A stretch of 64,000 nucleotides of DNA from IMG/VR virus record IMGVR_UViG_3300032007_000079, positions 3,316 through 67,315 of that record. The stretch is one strand, 5' to 3'. The translations under genes were made by a program, and so were the position numbers. The stretch comes from a virus. Taxonomy: Duplodnaviria; Caudoviricetes. Of this stretch, positions 1 to 9,673 are shown one piece after another; position 1 is the stretch's first letter; every line of letters begins with the position of its first letter. The notes below the pieces were generated by a model. That model was not told where the DNA came from. It did no database searches and saw only the letters and a list, made by a program, of their open reading frames with translations.

Positions 1-1242
1 TGATTTAATGATATGGATTGTGGTATCAGAGTTCTTGCCATCTGTAACCAATATCAATACCTCAAGTTCATGATTACGCTGTTCGGTGTGTACCAGTTCA
101 TTGATAAACATCTTACGCTTAAACTGGAATCTGATATCTATCCATCTTAACAATGCTGACTTAACACTGAAGTCAGTGGCCTTAAAATCATCGATCATCT
201 TGATCTGTACAGGATATGTCTTCTGCATATCAGTACGATTATAGAGTATATTGATAATGGAGTCCAGATCTACCTCAGGTCTGAAATATAGTTCCATATG
301 GACTATCTCACCACTATAATCCCTCATTTCTTTAAAGCCTGTGATGACCTCACTGTCTATCAATTCCTTGATCTTCAGTTTGGTAGATAACAGGCTTACC
401 TGGAACGGTACTGACCTAATGATGATGCATTTTTTGGCTTCATCCTTGATTATCTCAGACCGCATTTTAAATGTACCACGACCAGTTTTACAGATATCCG
501 GGAATTTACCCTCATCAACTATCAAACATCCAGTTGTGATATCAGGTATGATATTTGGTTCATACTTGCGATCTTTGATTAATGCTATGGTTGTCTGTAA
601 TACTTCTTCAAGATTGAATGTTGGTATATGGGTAGCAGACCCAAATCCTAAACCATCTGAATAGCTTAACAGACAATTGGGATATTTAGTCGGTAGATAG
701 ACAGGTTCTCTTAATTTTGGATTATAGGTATCCTCCATCAATACTACTTCAGGGTCCCAGTCACTAAAGAAGCAATCAATTGCATAGTCACTTAATGTAC
801 ATTCGATATACCTATCAGCAGCTGCCGGATCACCAGCCATAGTACCGAAGTTGCCTGTACCGTCTATATATGGCATTAGCATGTTCCATGGTTGTGCCAT
901 ACGTACAAGTGCTTCATATACAGAGCTATCACCATGAGGATGTATTTCCATAACACGCCCAGTAATAACCCTAACTTTTACAATCTCCTTATGATACACG
1001 TCTTTATCCTTGCGACGTTCTATACGTGCTAGCTTCATAAGTGCAAACATCGTATACAATATACGCCGTTCTACAGGTTTAAGACCATCATGTATCTCAG
1101 GGAATACACGAGCTAAATTGATATTTGCCCCATACAGAATCATGCCTTTCTGATTGACTTCAGCTATATTGGCTTCTTCTATACGGTCAGTCTTTAAATA
1201 TTCACGCTCGTCAACCTTACTGGTTTTACGCTTTTCAGCCAT
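1..1242 (-). CDS. gyrA: Type II topoisomerase subunit A (GyrA/ParC-like), C-terminus runs off the left edge; missing from the ORF track
   Basis: Manual translation from ATG at 1242 (RBS GAGGTG): MAEKRKTSK...DGLKPVERRILYTM...HPHGDSSVYEALVRMAQPW...GNFG...AAADRYIEC (catalytic Tyr motif). Open to the window edge. Confidence 0.93.
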   Translation of the reverse strand, partial: MAEKRKTSKVDEREYLKTDRIEEANIAEVNQKGMILYGANINLARVFPEIHDGLKPVERRILYTMFALMKLARIERRKDKDVYHKEIVKVRVITGRVMEIHPHGDSSVYEALVRMAQPWNMLMPYIDGTGNFGTMAGDPAAADRYIECTLSDYAIDCFFSDWDPEVVLMEDTYNPKLREPVYLPTKYPNCLLSYSDGLGFGSATHIPTFNLEEVLQTTIALIKDRKYEPNIIPDITTGCLIVDEGKFPDICKTGRGTFKMRSEIIKDEAKKCIIIRSVPFQVSLLSTKLKIKELIDSEVITGFKEMRDYSGEIVHMELYFRPEVDLDSIINILYNRTDMQKTYPVQIKMIDDFKATDFSVKSALLRWIDIRFQFKRKMFINELVHTEQRNHELEVLILVTDGKNSDTTIHIIKS

Positions 1243-1269
1243 TCTTGAATCACCTCATGTATATAATAT

Positions 1270-2370
1270 CTATTTAAGATCAGGGTTGGCAATCAGCGTA
1301 TCATAGATCGAATCCAGGTAATCAACTACCTTTATAAACAGATCAAAATCCTTGATTTTAGATGGATCGATCAAGCTGGTTGACTCATTCTTAATATCTT
1401 CCTTTAATTCATCAATATTCAGATAGTTATCACAGTATAAACTAAGTGCAACGAAGAACTGATGTATCCATTTGCGATGACCGAATATATCTGATATCGC
1501 GTTCATGGTATCTATTGATAGTATTTTATCATTGTACCCGCCATATCTGATCAAATCGTGGAACTCTATAATACCTATTGTACTATGGGTAAGTTCCTTC
1601 TTGATAAGGGCTACTTTCTTGCAATCCTGTAAGAATGATTTACCGTTACCGCGTTTGATCTGATGATCTTTATCTGGTGATACCAATACATCATAATTCT
1701 CATATATTAGATCGGCATGTTCTTCAGATACACCATGATTGTAGTAGTATTTATATATCAATACAGCTACATATGCTTCATTTGATATGATGAACGATCT
1801 GTTATTGACTATTATATACCCACACCAACGTCCAGTGCTTTTATCGAAGAACTTGTGTGTGCTTAGATAGTCATTAATAAGTTTCACTATTTCCATATTG
1901 TATGTGGATGTTAGTGCTGCAATGTTAATAGCAGCATACTTGTAATTATGATGATAATGGATATTGTTAACTATCGTCGGTAATTCGCGTTTTAACGTTA
2001 TACACATACTGAAGTACTTATCCATATCCAGTAGTTCATTGAGTATATCAACAGTCTTTGGAATACGATCATTAACACCAATATTGATAGATCCATATTT
2101 ATACTTTAGCTTCTGCTTGATAGCTTTAGCTGCATTTGGTGTTATCTTAACCTCATATGGTACATTATCCTGGGGTTTATTTATAAATACGATCATATCT
2201 TTTGATAGATCATCCCAATCTATAGTACCTGCTATACATTGACGTTTGATACCTTTAATTACTTCTCTTGGATAGGAGAGGTCCAAGCCTCTCCCATCCA
2301 ATTCATCAACATAACTCCAGTAACCAGGAGTAGGTAATTCCCTAGGTAATTTCATATTAACAACCCCCAT
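1270..2370 (-). CDS. Hypothetical protein (366 aa) between gyrB and gyrA
   Basis: Long ORF whose ATG overlaps the gyrB stop (TAATG). Alternative start at 2355. No recognisable motif. Confidence 0.8.
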   Translation of the reverse strand: MGVVNMKLPRELPTPGYWSYVDELDGRGLDLSYPREVIKGIKRQCIAGTIDWDDLSKDMIVFINKPQDNVPYEVKITPNAAKAIKQKLKYKYGSINIGVNDRIPKTVDILNELLDMDKYFSMCITLKRELPTIVNNIHYHHNYKYAAINIAALTSTYNMEIVKLINDYLSTHKFFDKSTGRWCGYIIVNNRSFIISNEAYVAVLIYKYYYNHGVSEEHADLIYENYDVLVSPDKDHQIKRGNGKSFLQDCKKVALIKKELTHSTIGIIEFHDLIRYGGYNDKILSIDTMNAISDIFGHRKWIHQFFVALSLYCDNYLNIDELKEDIKNESTSLIDPSKIKDFDLFIKVVDYLDSIYDTLIANPDLK

Positions 2371-4793
2371 TAGTTATCGAGATCTCTGATATCCAGGATG
2401 TACTCATCCATTAATTCTTTACGCTGATCAGAGTCCTTACCGTGTAGCATGTTGAATACCTCTAACTCGCGCTCAATCCTATCAGATGTCAACTGTATTA
2501 GCTGCCTTGTCATAGGATTCATTGAGCTTTCCCACATCTTATCATCATTCATCTCACCCAACCCTTTAAGCCTGGATTTAGTTACAGGCATATATCGGAT
2601 TGCGTATCTCATAAACTGACCAAATGTGACATGCTCAAAGTGTTGACTTCTATCATCAAAGCTAAAGTCATTATTACCAAGGTCTGTTATTAAAGCCTGC
2701 AATGCTTTGGATCGTGTATTAAATGTTTCATCCACTGAAATATACTGGTATGCACCTTTGTATACACCACGGATCAATCCGCTATCCTCATCGTATGTCA
2801 TCTCATCAAACCGCTTCTTTAGCAGTGACTTAAATTTCCTAGCTGTATAACCAGGTGTACTGAACTTATACTGTACAATGAACTCAATGATATCAGGATG
2901 GATCGAGTAATAGTTAACCAACGCATCCAGTAATGACAGGTAGTCATCATTATGAATGATCAACTGTTTGAATGCCTTTGGTGGATATGCTTTCCCCATA
3001 TCATCATACAGCTTTACTGTTTTAACCAGCTTATCAGCAAAGTAATCGTAATAGTCGATCTTATTAAGGATATATGGATGTTTTGGATCATCGATAATAT
3101 ACAGTGGCGGTACTGCTTTATATAACATACCACGCTGTACTATCTCAGGATATTGTGTTATAAAGAACACACACAATATTGATGCAATTCTAAACCCATC
3201 TATATCTGCATCTGTGAAGATTATGATCTTATCATACTTCAGCTTCTTGATATCGAAGTCTTGACCAATACCACATCCAAGAACCTTTATCAAATACTTA
3301 AACTCCTGGTTTGCCAATATTTCAGTAATCTTGGCACCCCAGGTATTTTTAGGTACACCACGTAATGCAAACAGAGCCTGTGTTTCAGGATCTCTTGCCT
3401 TAACCAATGTGCCTTTAGCTGACTTTCCTTCAACCAGGAACAGCTCACGATATCCTTTACCATTTGCTGGGTTAAAACAAGCCAATGTATTTTCACTAAG
3501 GTTGTCAACTGGTTTATACTCAGACTTGCGTATCTTTGTGATCTCCAGTCTTGATTTAGCATTAGCCTTTACATATGCAATAGCCTTCTTAAGCACCAAT
3601 GGATTATCATTGAAGTACTTCATTAGCTTTTTGAACACTATGTAATTGATTGGCTTGAATAATGCATCGTTGCTAATCTTTTCCTTAGTCTGAGATGCAA
3701 ATTGTGGATTATCACACATCAGATTGACTGATCCAAATAACCCTGTACGTGCATCATCAAATCCCAGTTGGAATTTTTTAGCCTCGGTATCACTAAGTGA
3801 CTCATTACCCAATGTGGTTATAGCTTTACACCAAGCCCGTTTAGCTGCATTCAGATGTACGCCATGATCTATCGTATTAACATAGTTACAGAATGTGATG
3901 TAATGACTGTTATCATCATCATGGGATTCTGGATTGTATGTAAATGCTACCTGCACAACTATGTCATTGCCAAGGCTATTACCTTTACCATCATCATCCC
4001 TAAATGTAACCTTATCATTATCGATAGTATATGAGCCTTTAAAGTTAATATAGATTGGTTCAAACAGACGTTTCTTAACAGTGTCTTCAACCAGATTTTT
4101 GATACCTTCATCATGTACAAAGGTCTCCTCTTTCACGGTTTCAGACTTCGCTTTGTTATATGAAAACGTCAGTTTGACTGATGGATCTATCAGATAACTT
4201 ATGTTACTAATCCACTCATATAACTCCTTAAGTTCAAACTTGCACTTACCAAGATACTTCTCACTTGGTATAAATGATACTATAGTACCATGGCGTTTAG
4301 CATCTTTACCTGTAGTCTTGACTATATTGGAATCAACCAACTTACCATCATTAAAGGTAAATGTGCCACGTTCTCCATCTCTATAGATATCAAACACGAA
4401 CTCCTTGGATAATGCATTAACTGCTGTAATACCTACACCATTCTCACCCGCTGTAAATGCTTTGTTTTCTATACCCTTCTTATCTGCATCGCGGGTGAAT
4501 TTTGAACCAGCCTGTATTTTAGTACAGACCAGTTCAACCTTATCGAAGGGTATGCCACGACCATTATCCATAACACTGAGTCTGTTAGATCCCTCATCAA
4601 AATAGATTAGGACTGTATTACCCGGACTCTTCTTACTGATACATTCGTCGATGGCATTGTTAATTACTTCTTTAGCCAGGTGCAATGCACCTTTGGATCC
4701 TACATAACTGATATACATACCTGTCTTCTTCTGTATCTTCTCGATATCAGACTCAATCCAGGTTATGTTATCATCCTGGTATTGCTTTGCCAT
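2370..4793 (-). CDS. gyrB: Type II topoisomerase subunit B (GyrB/ParE-like)
   Basis: GHKL motifs (EVINNAIDE, DNGRGIP, GENGVGITAVNALS) and TOPRIM motifs (LFLVEGKSAKG, IFTDADIDG, RLKGLGEM); RBS AAGGAG. Confidence 0.96.
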   Translation of the reverse strand: MAKQYQDDNITWIESDIEKIQKKTGMYISYVGSKGALHLAKEVINNAIDECISKKSPGNTVLIYFDEGSNRLSVMDNGRGIPFDKVELVCTKIQAGSKFTRDADKKGIENKAFTAGENGVGITAVNALSKEFVFDIYRDGERGTFTFNDGKLVDSNIVKTTGKDAKRHGTIVSFIPSEKYLGKCKFELKELYEWISNISYLIDPSVKLTFSYNKAKSETVKEETFVHDEGIKNLVEDTVKKRLFEPIYINFKGSYTIDNDKVTFRDDDGKGNSLGNDIVVQVAFTYNPESHDDDNSHYITFCNYVNTIDHGVHLNAAKRAWCKAITTLGNESLSDTEAKKFQLGFDDARTGLFGSVNLMCDNPQFASQTKEKISNDALFKPINYIVFKKLMKYFNDNPLVLKKAIAYVKANAKSRLEITKIRKSEYKPVDNLSENTLACFNPANGKGYRELFLVEGKSAKGTLVKARDPETQALFALRGVPKNTWGAKITEILANQEFKYLIKVLGCGIGQDFDIKKLKYDKIIIFTDADIDGFRIASILCVFFITQYPEIVQRGMLYKAVPPLYIIDDPKHPYILNKIDYYDYFADKLVKTVKLYDDMGKAYPPKAFKQLIIHNDDYLSLLDALVNYYSIHPDIIEFIVQYKFSTPGYTARKFKSLLKKRFDEMTYDEDSGLIRGVYKGAYQYISVDETFNTRSKALQALITDLGNNDFSFDDRSQHFEHVTFGQFMRYAIRYMPVTKSRLKGLGEMNDDKMWESSMNPMTRQLIQLTSDRIERELEVFNMLHGKDSDQRKELMDEYILDIRDLDN

Positions 4794-4909
4794 ACCAATC
4801 GGTCTCCTTTCATGTCTTGTATAGATGCAAGACTATGATATATACTTGTACCACAAGTTGTATTACGGTATGTGCATAGTAGTGTTGATCTCTTCCATAT
4901 AACAGCTAT

Positions 4910-4963
4910 AAAAAAGATAGATCGCTTCGTAAACCCATCTAAGAGCCTCGTAAGCGATCTATC
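4910..4963 (-). terminator. Intrinsic terminator after the acidic-protein gene
   Basis: 12-bp inverted repeat 4916-4927/4952-4963 followed by a U6 tract on the minus strand. Confidence 0.7.
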
Positions 4964-4974
4964 ATTATTTAAAA

Positions 4975-6120
4975 TTACCAACCACCAAACGGATCGTCTT
5001 TTGGTTTCTCGTCAATATCAATGGCCTGTGCATAAACCTCGTCATCATCATAACCTTTAGTAGGTGATCCTTGTTCAACAAGGCTATTGGTTATAGCATT
5101 CCTTGCTTCACGGATTATATCCGTTTCAACTACGCCAAGTTCATTGACTTTAGGCTCTTGATCAACAGTATTCTCTACTGGCTGTACAGTTTCTTCAGGT
5201 TCATTGGGTTTGTTATTTACAACATCGAATACAGGATCATCAGTCGTGTTCAACTTGGTGAACTCTGGTGCTGTCATAATATCAAACTTACCTGAAGCAG
5301 CAGCCTGGAAATCATTATATGAGCTTTCAAACCTGACACCCAATTCATTGAGCATCTGAATTTGCCTTGTAAGCCCATCATAATTGATCTTAGCATTCCG
5401 TATATCTGCTTCAACATGGTGAGCTTCATGCTGCAACTCTTCTACATCATCATGGATACTCATTATTTGAGCTACAGTCTTGAATACCAGTTTGCCATCT
5501 TCCTGTTTAAGACATGAGAACACACAATCTACTGTGCCAAAATCATCATCGTCATCATCAAAATGGTGAGCTTCATGCTGCAACTCTTCTACATCATCAT
5601 CGTCATCGTCGTCATCATCAACCCATTCATCATCGTCGTCATCTTGTTCTACCTCGAAGATAGGACACAGTTCACCATTGACAGTAGTACTAACATACCA
5701 TCTGCCAGGTGTACATGCCTTTTTGAGCGCTTCAGTAATATACCGAAGTTCGTTGATGCATAAAGGTACAAACTTACCACTATCAGGGTTGAATTCATAA
5801 ACCATGACAACAGGTTCAGCATCTTCATACCCAGAGAACGGATACCAGATACTGTTGCCGTTATTGTCTTTAGCCACAATAATGTACTCACGGCTCATAG
5901 AATCAGTCTTTGATATGCCAATGAATACTGTACCAACAGTCAGTTCATTAACATATGAGGACGTATGGTTTTCCCACTTGGCACCAGCCACATACTTCAT
6001 GTAGCTATCATCGTCCTCTTCCAATGAGTAATTGTTCTGCATGCCCTCAGCAAACAATGCTGCGTTTTCTACGGGCTTTAGCGTTTTAATAAACGCAAAT
6101 CGATCTAAGCAATTATCCAT
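4975..6120 (-). CDS. Highly acidic hypothetical protein with Asp runs and a duplicated DDVEELQHEAHH motif
   Basis: 381-aa ORF, RBS AAGGAG, upstream TATATTAT motif at 6151-6158. Confidence 0.85.
   Translation of the reverse strand: MDNCLDRFAFIKTLKPVENAALFAEGMQNNYSLEEDDDSYMKYVAGAKWENHTSSYVNELTVGTVFIGISKTDSMSREYIIVAKDNNGNSIWYPFSGYEDAEPVVMVYEFNPDSGKFVPLCINELRYITEALKKACTPGRWYVSTTVNGELCPIFEVEQDDDDDEWVDDDDDDDDDVEELQHEAHHFDDDDDDFGTVDCVFSCLKQEDGKLVFKTVAQIMSIHDDVEELQHEAHHVEADIRNAKINYDGLTRQIQMLNELGVRFESSYNDFQAAASGKFDIMTAPEFTKLNTTDDPVFDVVNNKPNEPEETVQPVENTVDQEPKVNELGVVETDIIREARNAITNSLVEQGSPTKGYDDDEVYAQAIDIDEKPKDDPFGGW
5416..5600. repeat. 38-bp exact direct repeat (5416-5453 and 5563-5600)
   Basis: atggtgagcttcatgctgcaactcttctacatcatcat occurs twice and encodes DDVEELQHEAHH on the minus strand. 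Confidence 0.95.
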
Positions 6121-6194
6121 AATGCTTAATCACACTCCTTTCTTATAAGTATAATATATACATATACGATGTAATCTTACGATTGCCCAAAAAT

Positions 6195-6231
6195 ATCATG
6201 GTGCTAGGATATAAACCCATAGCACCATGAT
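6195..6231 (-). terminator. Intergenic hairpin, probable terminator
   Basis: 12-bp perfect inverted repeat atcatggtgcta/tagcaccatgat just past the stop of 6242..6694. Confidence 0.55.
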
Positions 6232-6241
6232 TGATCAATTA

Positions 6242-6694
6242 TCACTCATCGTCATCTTCGTATTCATCAGCATCATCAACAGGCTGAATCGGCGGTTTTG
6301 TTGTGACCATGATATTTTTGATCGCATTAAGATTTACACTCGGTGATGTCAATACCCTATAAGGGTTTTCATCATTGTAGAATGTAAAGGTGAACACACC
6401 GAACTCAAAGCTCTTAACAGGCTTAGCGTTCAAGATGGTTTCATTGATATCAATATCGGCAGTCTTCAGTATTTCACGTACATAATCAATGATGTCCGTC
6501 TTGGTTTTGAGATCATCATAGAATATAACAGCTTTACCAGTAGATTCCGGTACTGATACTTCAGCAACATCGTACTGGGAATCAAGGTTGTACAGTTCTT
6601 TAATAAACCGTGCATTACGCTTACGTACTTTCTTAGCGGCCTTCTTGGAATTCCTGGAGTCGATGATGCGCTTTAATAGCTTCTTCGGCTTCAT
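6242..6694 (-). CDS. Hypothetical protein (basic N-terminus, acidic C-terminus)
   Basis: 150-aa ORF with RBS GGAGG. Confidence 0.8.
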   Translation of the reverse strand: MKPKKLLKRIIDSRNSKKAAKKVRKRNARFIKELYNLDSQYDVAEVSVPESTGKAVIFYDDLKTKTDIIDYVREILKTADIDINETILNAKPVKSFEFGVFTFTFYNDENPYRVLTSPSVNLNAIKNIMVTTKPPIQPVDDADEYEDDDE

Positions 6695-6754
6695 GCTAAC
6701 ACCTCCAATAATGTGAGACAGTCATGGAATATCCATGACTGTCATTGTTACCGC

Positions 6755-7222
6755 TTAGTACCGACTAAACAACGATTTGCCGGAACTGGTTACGTTAACA
6801 TTGCGTTTGCTGAACTTCTTGTTTTTCTTATTGGAACGCAATGCTTTGCAAGCCAGCTTCTTATAAGCCCACAGCTTCTTCTCGAAGTCCACAACCATTT
6901 CGATGATCTTCTCATCTTTGTTGCCGGTCTGCATTTTGATCAGGTCAGCAGAAGATTTCAGCTTGCGGCATGCAGCTTTGATCTGCTCTTTGACGGTACC
7001 GTTAGCCTTCTGGTTCAGAATGCTGAGATCGATCTTGCGATCTTTACAGATCTTGCATTTGAACAGGTACGGATTGTCACCCTTAACCTGGCGCAGGCGA
7101 TAGTTGCCTTTCTTGTCTTTGTGACAGCAAGCAAACTGCACTGCTTTCTTCTTCATTTTGATACCCTTAGCTTCTTTAGTCAGCTCATACAGGGTATTCT
7201 GGTCAAACTTTTTCTTGCCCAT
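6755..7222 (-). CDS. Very basic small protein with a putative Zn site (CCH...CKIC)
   Basis: 155-aa Lys-rich ORF, RBS AGGAGG, codon usage like the highly expressed virion genes, TATATTAT motif at 7340-7347. Confidence 0.85.
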   Translation of the reverse strand: MGKKKFDQNTLYELTKEAKGIKMKKKAVQFACCHKDKKGNYRLRQVKGDNPYLFKCKICKDRKIDLSILNQKANGTVKEQIKAACRKLKSSADLIKMQTGNKDEKIIEMVVDFEKKLWAYKKLACKALRSNKKNKKFSKRNVNVTSSGKSLFSRY

Positions 7223-7426
7223 AACACGAGCACCTCCTTAAAATAGGTATAATTGTACAAGTATACCAGTCATCAGATTTATGATGCATATCATGTCGAA
7301 CTATGACAATACATCATAATCCAATGCTAATACCATAATATAATATATACGTGAACCCAAAGTTGATATATTTGTATTCACGTTATCCCAAATGAGATAT
7401 ATAGTAGTTGATGTAGGTATAGAAGA

Positions 7427-7454
7427 ATATGTCAGGCTTAATAGCCTGACATAT
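7427..7454 (-). terminator. Hairpin, probable terminator
   Basis: 12-bp perfect stem atatgtcaggct/agcctgacatat with a 4-nt loop, next to the stop at 7459. Confidence 0.6.
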
Positions 7455-7458
7455 CCTA

Positions 7459-7848
7459 TTATGCAATTGTGACATCAAACTGCATTCTAAGCTGGTATTC
7501 CTGCTCTTCATCAAATTCAGGTGGTACAAAGTTGAACCCCTGAATACCTTCAATAGGATTCACAATATCCCAAAATATGCGATTCCTAGTATTAACATCA
7601 ACACCATGCTGATATTCACGCATCTTTATAGTATCAGTTTCTTCATCCAATTCAACCAGTTCTGAAAACTTTAAGAATACCAAACGTCCGTTAGCATCTC
7701 GTTGTTTATATCCACGACGACGCTGTGATGGGTCTGTTGCTTCTTTAGCTACATTTAATAACCATGTACGGCCATTATCAAAGATGATCTGTATGCATTT
7801 ATCTTCACCATACTTATCAAGTATAGCACGTACTTGTGCATAATCCAT
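7459..7848 (-). CDS. Hypothetical protein
   Basis: ORF track 7459..7869; start moved to ATG 7848 because of RBS AAAGGA. Confidence 0.8.
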   Translation of the reverse strand: MDYAQVRAILDKYGEDKCIQIIFDNGRTWLLNVAKEATDPSQRRRGYKQRDANGRLVFLKFSELVELDEETDTIKMREYQHGVDVNTRNRIFWDIVNPIEGIQGFNFVPPEFDEEQEYQLRMQFDVTIA

Positions 7849-7900
7849 ATTGTGCGCACATCCTTTCATATATGGTAATCGCGATTATGAAGTTGTCTAC

Positions 7901-9121
7901 CTATATCAGTAGCAATAATTTTTTACTTGCACGTGTTACAGCAGTATATAACCATTGTTTATAGAAGTCAAAATCACCTATAGTTTCATTGAATACTATT
8001 ACTGTATCATATTGGGATCCCTGAGATAAATGACATGTTATAGCATATCCATATTCAAACAGGTTACCTTGGTGCCTGTGTGTCTTAAGCCACTCTTTTT
8101 CAAACTTAGTACCATAGAAGAATTTTTTAGATAGCTCTACATGTTCAAAGCAGCTATCCATGAATTCAGGTCTGAAGTCTATTGGTATAACTTTACTATT
8201 GACATCCTCAAAATATATAGCATCAACTCTACCAATCAATCCATTGATTAGAAAGATACCATCTTGCTGGATGTTCCAATTGTTCTTACGGCATATTAGT
8301 TTATCACCAAAGGCCAATTCAGATATCTCATTCATACCCTGTTGTCTATAATACATACTTCTGATCATTTTATTAAGATCATTCCTTGTGCTATTACGTC
8401 CGCATATAACAGCATCAGCTAATGTCAGATAATTGTAATATCTGGACATGAAGTCCTTCTTCTTGATTATAAACAACTGGTTATTATAATTGCCTGGTGT
8501 GAGCTTAAAATATGGGTTACGGATTATATGTTGTGATAATGCCAATATTGGGCTATCCGCTTTCTGTCTAATAACCTCTGTCAATAAACAATCTGGTTCT
8601 TTTAGGAAATACGGTTCACCTATTACAGGTGGTAACTGATTAAGATCACCAAGTGCTATAACTGGCACGTTGAAGCTTAATAGGTCTTCAGCAACACGTT
8701 TGTCAACCATAGGAGCTTCATCCACTACTATTAGTTTATAATCACGATCCAGTTCAGTTCTAAGCTCAAACCTAACACTGACGTCTTTTATAGGCCTCCC
8801 TTCCTTCATCATTACCTTACCATCTTTATCCTTACGTGTTGTAACAACATCTATCGCATTGTATATTGCGCTATGTATAGTTGATGCATTTAACCCTGAC
8901 TTAGATAGATTTAACGCAGCCTTGCCAACATACGCTACAAATAGTACATCACTAAGTCGTATTGATGGTATTTGATCTACCAACAGTCTGATCAGGAATG
9001 TCTTGCCTGATCCAGCAGGTCCACTGATTGAGAATACCTGTTGATAGTCAAGCTTATGATTCCACCATGTTAATAGTTTTTCCAAGCATTCTGCCTGTCC
9101 TGCATTTAGCTCGACACTCAT
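7901..9121 (-). CDS. SF1B helicase, Dda/RecD-like
   Basis: GPAGSGKT, VVDEAPMV, LGDLNQLPPV, YAITCHLSQGSQY, YTAVTRAS. Confidence 0.92.
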   Translation of the reverse strand: MSVELNAGQAECLEKLLTWWNHKLDYQQVFSISGPAGSGKTFLIRLLVDQIPSIRLSDVLFVAYVGKAALNLSKSGLNASTIHSAIYNAIDVVTTRKDKDGKVMMKEGRPIKDVSVRFELRTELDRDYKLIVVDEAPMVDKRVAEDLLSFNVPVIALGDLNQLPPVIGEPYFLKEPDCLLTEVIRQKADSPILALSQHIIRNPYFKLTPGNYNNQLFIIKKKDFMSRYYNYLTLADAVICGRNSTRNDLNKMIRSMYYRQQGMNEISELAFGDKLICRKNNWNIQQDGIFLINGLIGRVDAIYFEDVNSKVIPIDFRPEFMDSCFEHVELSKKFFYGTKFEKEWLKTHRHQGNLFEYGYAITCHLSQGSQYDTVIVFNETIGDFDFYKQWLYTAVTRASKKLLLLI

Positions 9122-9221
9122 GATTCATCGCCTCCTTACAATGTATAATATCTATCTATCTAAATAGGTTAAAATATTGATATGTACATTATCAGTAAAC
9201 TTCAAATAGGGGGTATATATT

Positions 9222-9539
9222 ATGTTACACAAGTATATGTTTACATATAGTACAGATACCGTTGAGCAGAAGAGCGAATGTATTGTCGTATATAACAGAT
9301 CTGTTATTAAAGGAAATATTATATTGGATAGTAATAATCATCCATATACAAAAATTAATGATACTGGTGCAGTTGTTGATCAGGCTGTAACAATATTTCT
9401 TAATAAACATGCTGAAGAAAAAGGCCTCAAGGTTATAGCAGTTTATGAACTGAAGGAGGATGAAAATCCATCAGATATATTGTGGATTCCTATTAAAAAT
9501 CTGCAGGATTTGTGTGATCCTGTAGGGGAAAGAACATAA
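9222..9539 (+). CDS. Hypothetical protein
   Basis: 105-aa ORF preceded by a GGGGG RBS; divergent from the helicase. Confidence 0.65.
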   Translation: MLHKYMFTYSTDTVEQKSECIVVYNRSVIKGNIILDSNNHPYTKINDTGAVVDQAVTIFLNKHAEEKGLKVIAVYELKEDENPSDILWIPIKNLQDLCDPVGERT

Positions 9540-9673
9540 TTGTAAACCACAACACGTGATGTTGATTTGGTCATATGAGCAATAATTCGCTCATTGTAGG
9601 ACACAATTTTACCTACTCTAAATACATTTTTTGTCATTGAATGGTTTCCAACAGTTGATGACATAAACCTCCT

